From Candidatus Hydrogenedens sp. (GTDB lineage: Bacteria > Hydrogenedentota > Hydrogenedentia > Hydrogenedentales > Hydrogenedentaceae), in contig JBMFRC010000001.1 in the NCBI GenBank assembly GCA_049968235.1, positions 96,001 to 160,000 of the forward strand: a stretch of 64,000 nucleotides of DNA, in the 5' to 3' direction. The notes beneath the pieces are model-generated. The model had not been told where the DNA came from, searched no databases, and was given only the letters and a program-made list of their open reading frames with translations. A program made the position numbers and the translations under genes. Of the stretch, positions 44,828 to 52,914 are shown in pieces; position 1 is the first letter of the stretch; every line of letters starts with the position of its first letter.

Positions 44828-45597
44828 ACAACGGTATAATAATCATTATTTGCGTTTCTTACATAAAAACCAATTGATTCTGTTAACCCGAGAGGTGTTA
44901 CAGGTATTTCTACAAGACCTCTGGAAAACTTATTTCCACCGATAAAAACGCTTTCAATCGTTATATTTTCGGACAAACGAACCGGAGATAGACCCGGTTC
45001 ATTGACTTCTTCTATTACTGGCTCTATATTAAATATATCCACATTATTCTTTTTATCAAAAAGAGGTCCTATCTCATCCATTAGGCTATCTTCATGTTTC
45101 ACATTTTTTGCTTGTTCTATTAATTTCCTTTTTGCCAATTTTTCAAATCGGTCATTAATCTGTCGGTTCATGGCTTCTGTATCAAAACCTCCTGGAGCAG
45201 GAGTGTTTCTCGTGTTTTTTGTAGTGCCTGTTCCCGTAGCAGAATTCATAAAAAGTTCTGCCATTTGTTCCGGGGACATGCCCTGCTCTTTCATACTTTC
45301 AAACAGCCCTAATTGGTCTTGTTCTCCCTCATTTGCCTCAGGATAAGTAACTTTTAAACAATAATATTTCTGTTGGTCTAAATCAATTTCTACATAGAAT
45401 TCATCTCCCAATAAAGCGGATGTTGACATTACTGCTCTACCGAAATATGCTAATCGCCTGGCTTCGCTTTCCAACTCCGAAGATAATGCAAGGGGAAGCA
45501 AATAAGGAACAGTAATAGTTGCCATTAAGGCAATAATAAAAATAACAATCCCCAATTCAAGCAATGTAAAGCCATCTTTTCCCCGTAAAGCAACCAT
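44779..45597 (-). CDS. gspH: GspH-like pseudopilin (272 aa).
   Basis: The prepilin motif is GKDGFTLLELGIVIFIIALMATITVPY. It continues ...ESEARRLAYFGRAVMSTSA (GspH/FimT 'AR..A' helix). It lies directly after gspG. Confidence 0.55.
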   Translation of the reverse strand: MVALRGKDGFTLLELGIVIFIIALMATITVPYLLPLALSSELESEARRLAYFGRAVMSTSALLGDEFYVEIDLDQQKYYCLKVTYPEANEGEQDQLGLFESMKEQGMSPEQMAELFMNSATGTGTTKNTRNTPAPGGFDTEAMNRQINDRFEKLAKRKLIEQAKNVKHEDSLMDEIGPLFDKKNNVDIFNIEPVIEEVNEPGLSPVRLSENITIESVFIGGNKFSRGLVEIPVTPLGLTESIGFYVRNANNDYYTVVWDPVSAGAYVLEGAQ

Positions 45598-45642
45598 AAT
45601 TTTAATATTTATACCTCATGCAAAAAATAATATCCTGCGGAA

Positions 45643-46038
45643 TTAATCTTCGCTGGAAATGTCCGCATTGACTCCACTCCCCCCGGGACTTCCATCTCCA
45701 CCATAGGACATAATCTTATAAGAAGAGTTTCCTTCTTTTTGATAGACATATGCGTTACCCCACGGATCTAACGGAACTTTGGGTGGGTCAAGAAATGGAG
45801 CAATTTCTTCTAAAGTGTTCGGCAAACGTTTGTTTTTTATCCGATACATCTGGATGGCAGTCTTCATATTACTGATTTCTGCTTTTGCTTTTGCCTGGTC
45901 CGCATCATCCAACGCACCAAATACATAAATACCGACGGTCGTGGCAAGAATTGCAATAATGGCTATAACTACCATTAGTTCTACCAGTGTAAAGCCCAAT
46001 AAATTCTTTATTTTTTTCTTCGTTTTTTCTTGTGTCAT
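45643..46038 (-). CDS. gspG: Type II secretion major pseudopilin GspG.
   Basis: It is near-canonical: LLGFTLVELMVVIAIIAILATTVGIYVFGALDDADQAKAKAEISNMKTAIQMYRIKNKRLPNTLEEI...DPWGNAYVY. The DPWGNxYxY calcium-loop motif is present and the 131-aa size is typical. Confidence 0.9.
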   Translation of the reverse strand: MTQEKTKKKIKNLLGFTLVELMVVIAIIAILATTVGIYVFGALDDADQAKAKAEISNMKTAIQMYRIKNKRLPNTLEEIAPFLDPPKVPLDPWGNAYVYQKEGNSSYKIMSYGGDGSPGGSGVNADISSED

Positions 46039-46041
46039 GTT

Positions 46042-47280
46042 TCATCCTCCAACATGTGTACTCATTTTTAGTATAGGCAATAAAATCGCCAGAACCAGAA
46101 ATCCGACGAAAATACCCATTACTACTATTATAACGGGTTCTATCAGTCCAACGATAGCATCAACGGTCAAACGAACATCTTCATCATAGGTATCTGCTAT
46201 CTGAATTAACATATTTTCCAGTTCACCACTTCGTTGCCCTAATTCAACCATATGAATCATCATAGATGGAAATATTCCGGAATCTTTCATAGGCTGAGCC
46301 AGGTCTCTACCTCTACGGACACCTGCTTTTATATCATCCAGATGCATTTGAATGAACCGATTATCCATAATACTATAAACAACATCCAGAGCAGGAAGCA
46401 TGGTTAAACCGCTTTGAAGCATTGTCCCCAATGTCCGTGAGAATCTTGCACAAAGTAATTTTTGAAGTAAAGTACCATAGAGCGGAATTTTAAATTTCCA
46501 TCGGTCCCATTTTTTTTTGCCTTCTTCGCGACTAACCCATATCCGCCATATTATTATCAGAAAAAATAAAAAGCCTATGAAGAATATGCCGTATTTCCCT
46601 AAAAAGGAGCTTACCCCTATAAGCACATCGGTAATGAAAGGTAGTTCTGATTGTTGTTTCTTAAAAATAGTCGTGATTCGAGGGACAATAACAGTCATCA
46701 TAAAAGTAATAACCGTAATAGCAAAAACGGTCATAAAAGCAGGGTAGGCAATGGATGATAGTATCTGTGCTTTTATCTTTGCCTGTCGGTCTAAAACATC
46801 TGCCAGACGATTTAATACCTGCTCTAATGTTCCACTGGCTTCTCCAGCACGAACCATATTTACATAAAGAGAACTAAAAATACGGGGATGCTCTGCCAGT
46901 GCGTCTGCGAGATTTTTCCCGGCATTTACTTTATCACGGACATCCAGTATTGCGGTTTTTAATCGTTGACGGGATGTTTGATTTATTAATGCATTCAGGG
47001 CTTCTACCAGAGGCATACCGGCACGGAGTAGCACTGCAAACTGTCGTGTCATTAAGGCTACGTCTCTTGTTGAAACACCGCCACCAAACAGGAAAAACTG
47101 CGATTTTCCTTTCCCTCCTTCTTTTAAACTAACACCATCTGTAACTTCTTTTAGTTCGGTGGGATAAAGGTCTAACTCCCGTAATTTCATTCGTGCTAAT
47201 GCAGGTGAATCCGCGTCAATTACGCCACGCGTTGTTTTTCCACTATCTTTTATTAGTGCTTTATATTGATAAACAGGCAT
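46042..47280 (-). CDS. gspF: Type II secretion platform protein GspF.
   Basis: It has two T2SSF repeats (FAVLLRAGMPLVEALNALINQT... and LGTMLQSGLTMLPALDVVYSIMDN...) and three TM segments. It is 412 aa long and follows gspE. Confidence 0.85.
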   Translation of the reverse strand: MPVYQYKALIKDSGKTTRGVIDADSPALARMKLRELDLYPTELKEVTDGVSLKEGGKGKSQFFLFGGGVSTRDVALMTRQFAVLLRAGMPLVEALNALINQTSRQRLKTAILDVRDKVNAGKNLADALAEHPRIFSSLYVNMVRAGEASGTLEQVLNRLADVLDRQAKIKAQILSSIAYPAFMTVFAITVITFMMTVIVPRITTIFKKQQSELPFITDVLIGVSSFLGKYGIFFIGFLFFLIIIWRIWVSREEGKKKWDRWKFKIPLYGTLLQKLLCARFSRTLGTMLQSGLTMLPALDVVYSIMDNRFIQMHLDDIKAGVRRGRDLAQPMKDSGIFPSMMIHMVELGQRSGELENMLIQIADTYDEDVRLTVDAIVGLIEPVIIVVMGIFVGFLVLAILLPILKMSTHVGG

Positions 47281-47327
47281 ATTTTCTCAAAATATTATAA
47301 AGGGGTGTTTTTTTTCTTGCTTTCTTT

Positions 47328-49067
47328 TTAATAGGTTTCTTCAAATACATCGTCTCTGGTTACCCGAAGGACTTCTTCCAATGTTGTTAATCCTTTCAAC
47401 ATTTTTTCTGCTCCGTCTTCACGGAGGGTACGCATTCCTTCTTTATGTGCTTCTCGTTTAATTACATTTGAGTCCGCTCCTTCAAGAACTAATTCTTGTA
47501 TCCTCGGACTCATCATTAATAGTTCAAATATTCCCGTTCTGCCATAATAACCCCGTTCCATACACTTTTGACATCCTTTACCTCGCCATAAAGTTTCTGC
47601 TCGTGGGTCGGGCTTTTTTATACCTAATTCTTCTAATGGATTTCGGTCAGGTTTATATGGTTCCTTACATTGGGTACAAATTTTACGCACCAATCGCTGG
47701 GCTTGAATTGCAATACAGGAAGAGGTAACAAGAAAAGGTTCAATTCCCATATTCGTAAGTCGGGTGATAGCACCTGCACTATCATTTGTATGTAATGTTG
47801 CAAAAACGAGATGTCCTGTTAAAGATGCTTGAACTGCCATTTCGGCTGTTTCTAAATCACGAATTTCACCTACAAGAATAATATCCGGGTCCTGTCTCAA
47901 AATACTTCTTAAACCTGCTGCAAAGGTCAATCCTATTTTGGGACGAACCTGTATCTGTCCAATCCCCGCAATTAAATATTCTATAGGGTCTTCTAAGGTA
48001 ATAATATTTTTGTCGGGAGAATTAACCCTCTGCAAGGAAGCATATAAAGTTGTAGATTTTCCAGAACCAGTAGGTCCTGTAACTAAAATAATTCCGTGGG
48101 AGACTGTAATAATGCGGTCAAACATCTTGTGGTCGCGTTCATCCATTCCCAAATCTTCCAGGCTGAACAGGAAATTCCCTTTTTCAAGGATACGTAAAAC
48201 CACGCGTTCACCAAAAGCGGTTGGGAGTATGGACACACGAATATCAATTTCTTTGCCACTTAACTTAATTTTTATACGTCCATCCTGTGGTAAACGATGC
48301 TCTGCAATATTGAGATTGGACATGATTTTAATACGCGAAATCACCGCTGCCTGCTGAGATTTGGGTATTGTAAATTTCTCATACAGAACGCCGTCAATAC
48401 GATAGCGGACACGGACTTCGCGTTCAAATGGCTCAATATGAATATCCGACGCCCTTTCTTTAACCGCTCCTGTAATAAGTAAGTTGATAAGTTTAATAAT
48501 CGGTGCTTCATTAGCAAGGTCCAGCAGGTCCTTTTCGGTCTCTGTTCCATCTAAGGTATGGATGGTTGTCGCACCGTCTTCTTCTGCCATTGCTATTGTA
48601 TCTATCATCTCAGCGGTATTTTGCGTTTGACTGTCAAAATAAGAATCTACAATTTTTTGTATATCTGATTTACGGCATAAAACGGGCTGAACTGAACCAC
48701 CGAGAAGTACCCGTAGGTCATCCAGAGGCAGGAGATTTATAGGGTCATTTAAGGCAACCAGATAACCGTTCCCGTTTTGTTTAAACGGAACCATAAAATA
48801 TTCGCGAATAAAATTTATTGGAACTTTCGTAATCAGGTTCATATCCACCTGTTGTGAAAGATTTAATTCCATTGGGATTCCAAACTGTTCGCTTAATGCT
48901 TCCAGAACATGTTCTTCTTCTACAAAACCGAGGTCCAGCAAAATCTCTCCTAACCGGCGCGGTTTAATCTTCTGGAGTTCTAAAGCCTCCGTTATTTGCT
49001 CCGGATGAACATATCCTTTTTGGAGTAAAATTTCTCCAAACTGCATTTCAGCGAGTAACTTATCCAT
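47328..49067 (-). CDS. gspE: Type II secretion ATPase GspE.
   Basis: The N-terminal T2SSE_N motif is GEILLQKGYVHPEQITEALELQ. It has Walker [19 protein letters not shown], the core [39 protein letters not shown], and the tetracysteine CTQCKEPY...CQKCMERGYYGR. It overlaps the gspD stop by 1 nt. Confidence 0.85.
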   Translation of the reverse strand: MDKLLAEMQFGEILLQKGYVHPEQITEALELQKIKPRRLGEILLDLGFVEEEHVLEALSEQFGIPMELNLSQQVDMNLITKVPINFIREYFMVPFKQNGNGYLVALNDPINLLPLDDLRVLLGGSVQPVLCRKSDIQKIVDSYFDSQTQNTAEMIDTIAMAEEDGATTIHTLDGTETEKDLLDLANEAPIIKLINLLITGAVKERASDIHIEPFEREVRVRYRIDGVLYEKFTIPKSQQAAVISRIKIMSNLNIAEHRLPQDGRIKIKLSGKEIDIRVSILPTAFGERVVLRILEKGNFLFSLEDLGMDERDHKMFDRIITVSHGIILVTGPTGSGKSTTLYASLQRVNSPDKNIITLEDPIEYLIAGIGQIQVRPKIGLTFAAGLRSILRQDPDIILVGEIRDLETAEMAVQASLTGHLVFATLHTNDSAGAITRLTNMGIEPFLVTSSCIAIQAQRLVRKICTQCKEPYKPDRNPLEELGIKKPDPRAETLWRGKGCQKCMERGYYGRTGIFELLMMSPRIQELVLEGADSNVIKREAHKEGMRTLREDGAEKMLKGLTTLEEVLRVTRDDVFEETY

Positions 49068-51724
49068 TATTTTCTATAAATTGTCCCACGGTTAAATTCT
49101 TCTTGTTCTACCTGTCCGGTTAACGCTTCTGTCCTATCTAAAGTAGGACGATAATTTTTTCGCATATCTGCCTTTGCCTTAACTTTTTTGAAAAACCCGC
49201 CCTTGAATAACTCTTGTATATTTACATCTTGATATTCTGTAACCTTATACTGTGTAACCCGCTCCATATCACTGGATTCTTTTACAATATGTGGTGTAAC
49301 CAGAACTACCATATTACGTTTTTCTCGCGATACGGATTTATTACGAAATAGGAAACCTAATAAAGGAATATCTCCCATAATTGGAACTTGTGTCCTATTC
49401 CGGTCTGCGGTATCTCTTATTAAACCGGCTAAAACTGCTGTTGAACCATCTTTTACAAGCACTTGATTTTTAAATAGAGATTTATTTGTTGTCGGACCTA
49501 AAATATTTACATCCCCTACAGATTGAGTACCTCCAGCCACTGCAGATACTTCTATCTCAATTTTCATCAAAACATTATCGCCCTCACTGATTTGAGGGGT
49601 TACCGTGAGTTTGATACCTACCTCATGTCGTTCTACACGAGTATAACCGCCCCATGTGCTTCCTATAACCTCTCCCGTCGTTGTGCGTTGAGGACTTGCT
49701 GTGCTTGTAATGAATGGGACTTCCTGACCTACGACTATGGATGCCTCTTCATTATCTACCGTAACCAAACTGGGTTGAGAAAGCACTTCTAAATCGGAAA
49801 CAGTCTCTATTGCTTGTAACAGGAGTGGGACAAAAGGAACCCGTAACCGCTGGGTCTTGCTGATTGGAATAACAATGTCGTCATATATCCCTGTTGTGAG
49901 ACCTCCTCCGGAACCTAAACTTAACGCTCCTAACATACGATTCAGTCGGCTCGGGCTGGTAATTTTATTCGCCGCATCTGCTGCAGGTTTTAAGGAATCT
50001 ACAATTTTTTGTATATTTTGTGTTCCTGTAACAGCAAATCCGGAATTTCCACTAATACTTGCGGAATCTACTTTGACCCCATAATCATTGTTCAATCGCA
50101 CGTCCATGACTACTGCATCAACAAGCACCTGTCTTTGGGGTACATCCAGACGGGCAATAAATGCTTCTAACACTTTATAATCCTGTGGGGAAGCAACAAC
50201 AAGCAGTGAATTGGTCTGGTCATATCTTGTAATTTGAACTCGCTGTTCAAACGGTTGCACATCTCCCGGAGCAGAAGACATGGTTGAAGGGGCTATTGTT
50301 CCACCAGCACCTGGCACCGCACCCCCTGGAGTTGTTCCGGCACCTGTAGGTCGTCTTGTTGAACCAGAACCACCAATGAGTGGTTGTAATGCCTGCTCTA
50401 CTTTCTCTGCATCGGCATTTAGTAGTTCATAAATATGCAAATTATTGGCTTCATAAGGAGTAGGACAGTCTAACCGTTTTATCAGGTCACGAACTTTTTC
50501 CATCATACCTTCAGTTGCAACAACGATTAACGCATTCAATCTCGTATCGGGAACCATACGAAGGACTTCCTGTCGCGAACCAATAATTTGCATGGACGGC
50601 GCACCTGGTACAGAACGTGTCGGAGGTCTTACCACAGGTTGTGGGGTCATAGGAGTTCCCGGAACTCTACCACCCGCAGTTGTGGTTTTCGTTTCGGATA
50701 AAACTTGTTCAATCTGTTGGGCTAAGGCTTCTGCACGGGTATATTCGAGCATAAATATTTCCATTTCCGTTTCATTTCCGGAAACATCTATTTCTTGTAG
50801 AAATGAAAATATGCGTTTTAGCCCATCTGCAGTGTCTGTAATAATCAATGTATTTGTAGGTGCGTAGGCAGAAATACGACATGATTTGGAACCCAATACC
50901 TGTAAAGCGGTAGATACTTCGGAGGCATCTGCATACTTTAAGGTAATAATATGAGTAGCAAATTTGTCATACCCTTCTGGAAGTTTTTCGGTTCCTCTGA
51001 TTAAGGGTGTTTTTTCAGAGGCAACAGCGTCGGGAGTTGCAATTATCTTGATTAATTTTCCATCTAGCGTCTCAACCATAGAGAAGCCTCGAGATGCCAG
51101 TATAGATTCAAGAACCTGATATGCCATTTCAGGGGGAATTTTATCATGAGTTATAACAGTAACAGTTGTCGCTCCAATGTTCGGGTCAACATCAAAGTTT
51201 CTGCCCGTTAAACGAGCAATTGCTGCTATAACATCATATAAAGGGGCATCGTGAAAATCGAAGGAAATCGGTTCGGAAGGAGTTTCACCTGTTTTGGGTC
51301 CTGTTTCTGCGGCAATACCGATAGGGGTCTTTCCCGATGTATCACCTCCCGGAGGAGTTTTCCTTGGTCCAGGAGGGAGGGGGGGGTGATTTCCTCTTCT
51401 CATTGTGGGGAAAGAAGGTATAGGTGGTCTTGAGGAACCTGGAGGGGAGACAGGTTCCGGCATTGTAATAGGAGGGCGAACTGCTTCTGGTGCGGTTTGA
51501 GGAGGCATTTCTGGAGGATTTTCTGGAACCGAAGGTGCATCCACAATCTGCGGTATTTCGATATTTGTCGGAGGAGCATCCTGCGGAACCTGCTCTACAT
51601 CCTGACCATAGCCAGAATATACAAACATATTAACAAACAGTAATAAAAAAATAATTATTCTTTTCCCAGAGAAAAAGAAACAGCGATTCTTATAGTTTGA
51701 TATAAACTCAATTGGATTTCGCAA
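49067..51724 (-). CDS. gspD: Type II secretion secretin GspD with a proline-rich N-terminal extension of about 120 aa.
   Basis: The N0 domain is FDFHDAPLYDVIAAIARLTGRNFDVDP. The secretin domain includes QRVQITRYDQTNSLLVVASPQDYKVLEAFIARLD...VLVDAVVMDV and AVLAGLIRDTADRNRTQVPIMGDIPLLGFLFRNKSVSREKRNMVVLVTPHIV. The proline-rich stretch begins PQDAPPTNIEIPQIVDAPSVPENPPEMPPQTAPEAVRPPITMPEPVSPPGSSRPPIPSFP. Confidence 0.85.
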   Translation of the reverse strand: MRNPIEFISNYKNRCFFFSGKRIIIFLLLFVNMFVYSGYGQDVEQVPQDAPPTNIEIPQIVDAPSVPENPPEMPPQTAPEAVRPPITMPEPVSPPGSSRPPIPSFPTMRRGNHPPLPPGPRKTPPGGDTSGKTPIGIAAETGPKTGETPSEPISFDFHDAPLYDVIAAIARLTGRNFDVDPNIGATTVTVITHDKIPPEMAYQVLESILASRGFSMVETLDGKLIKIIATPDAVASEKTPLIRGTEKLPEGYDKFATHIITLKYADASEVSTALQVLGSKSCRISAYAPTNTLIITDTADGLKRIFSFLQEIDVSGNETEMEIFMLEYTRAEALAQQIEQVLSETKTTTAGGRVPGTPMTPQPVVRPPTRSVPGAPSMQIIGSRQEVLRMVPDTRLNALIVVATEGMMEKVRDLIKRLDCPTPYEANNLHIYELLNADAEKVEQALQPLIGGSGSTRRPTGAGTTPGGAVPGAGGTIAPSTMSSAPGDVQPFEQRVQITRYDQTNSLLVVASPQDYKVLEAFIARLDVPQRQVLVDAVVMDVRLNNDYGVKVDSASISGNSGFAVTGTQNIQKIVDSLKPAADAANKITSPSRLNRMLGALSLGSGGGLTTGIYDDIVIPISKTQRLRVPFVPLLLQAIETVSDLEVLSQPSLVTVDNEEASIVVGQEVPFITSTASPQRTTTGEVIGSTWGGYTRVERHEVGIKLTVTPQISEGDNVLMKIEIEVSAVAGGTQSVGDVNILGPTTNKSLFKNQVLVKDGSTAVLAGLIRDTADRNRTQVPIMGDIPLLGFLFRNKSVSREKRNMVVLVTPHIVKESSDMERVTQYKVTEYQDVNIQELFKGGFFKKVKAKADMRKNYRPTLDRTEALTGQVEQEEFNRGTIYRK

Positions 51725-51768
51725 GTTTCAACTCCTAATATATAAATATTTGTTGTTCATATCTATAA

Positions 51769-52731
51769 CTAATCTTGTATTCTATAGATTATTTCCATCG
51801 GGTTTCCATTTCTAAGGATGGATACTTTAACAGAGGGAAGTGTAACATCACTGTATTTTTTTATCAAGTCTATTACCTTTTCATCACTATCAATAATATC
51901 GTCGTTTACTGCGGTAAGGACATCTCCTTCCTTAAACCCTAATTTTACTGCAATCGGAATTTCACTAATATTTTTTGCAGTAATGCCGAGTACTTTGCCT
52001 TCCGCATCTTTATACAATTCCGGCTTAACACGCGTAACCAAATCTGCATAACTTGCAAAAAAGTCCTGTACGATTTCATCTCGATTTAAATCTACTTGCT
52101 TTTTCTCAGGCTCATTCGTTTTTGCAGGTTTCGAATCAGTTTTACTGGGTGGTTTTTCCTCTTTTGCTTTTAATAATTCTAAAGATTTATCTTCTAATTT
52201 CAATCGTTCTCTTTTAGGGGGATGGGTTTTTTTATTTAACAATATCACTTCTTTAGGATATACCTCTTCTAAAACTACCTGCTCAACGACTTCCTGTCCA
52301 ATAGCAAAAGCAGCGGTAATTCTTTTGTCGGAATTTTCAATGAAAGCGGATGCAAATCGGTCTTTAGGAGACAGGGCAATGGTCCCTATTAATTTTAAGT
52401 TTAATTGAGTATCTTCAAGAGTATCCTGAGGAGACAGTTGTTCTGTTTTTTCTTCTTTTTTAGGAACTGTATCCTCTGTCCATCTACCTGCATTTCCAAA
52501 TAAACCTGATTGTGTTATTTTGTTGAAAAGACTTTTAGCATCAATATTTATTAACTCATTCTGCACAGTTCCTTCTTCCTCACCGGCTATACCTGTTTTT
52601 TTGGCTATTTTCTGGGCAGGATTGTAGGTATAAATAATAAAAAAGAAAACTCCAAGTGCAATAAGTATTGAAAAAATCAGTATGATATGAATAAGAAAAA
52701 ATAGTCTTTTAATTTCTAACGAATGAACCAT
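51769..52731 (-). CDS. gspC: GspC-like protein with an N-terminal TM helix, an HR (secretin-interacting) domain and a C-terminal PDZ-like domain.
   Basis: The TM helix is FFLIHIILIFSILIALGVFFFII. The HR-like segment is LNLKLIGTIALSPKDRFASAFIENSDKRITAAFAIGQEVVEQVVLEEVYPKEVILLN. The PDZ-like C-terminus is ITAKNISEIPIAVKLGFKEGDVLTAVNDDIIDSDEKVIDLIKKY. It is the first gene of the gspC-M array. Confidence 0.6.
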   Translation of the reverse strand: MVHSLEIKRLFFLIHIILIFSILIALGVFFFIIYTYNPAQKIAKKTGIAGEEEGTVQNELINIDAKSLFNKITQSGLFGNAGRWTEDTVPKKEEKTEQLSPQDTLEDTQLNLKLIGTIALSPKDRFASAFIENSDKRITAAFAIGQEVVEQVVLEEVYPKEVILLNKKTHPPKRERLKLEDKSLELLKAKEEKPPSKTDSKPAKTNEPEKKQVDLNRDEIVQDFFASYADLVTRVKPELYKDAEGKVLGITAKNISEIPIAVKLGFKEGDVLTAVNDDIIDSDEKVIDLIKKYSDVTLPSVKVSILRNGNPMEIIYRIQD

Positions 52732-52914
52732 ACTGCCCTTTCATAGGAAAAATAACTCCTTGCAGTAAATCATGAATTGAACGGAATTTAGCCATTATTA
52801 GTTGACTAAATTCTCATGATAAGTTTAAACGAAATATCCTCCCTTTCGCAAAGTCTATTTACTATTGTAAGAAGTTTTTATAGTAATGGCTAACAGGTTA
52901 ATAAATTGAGAATC

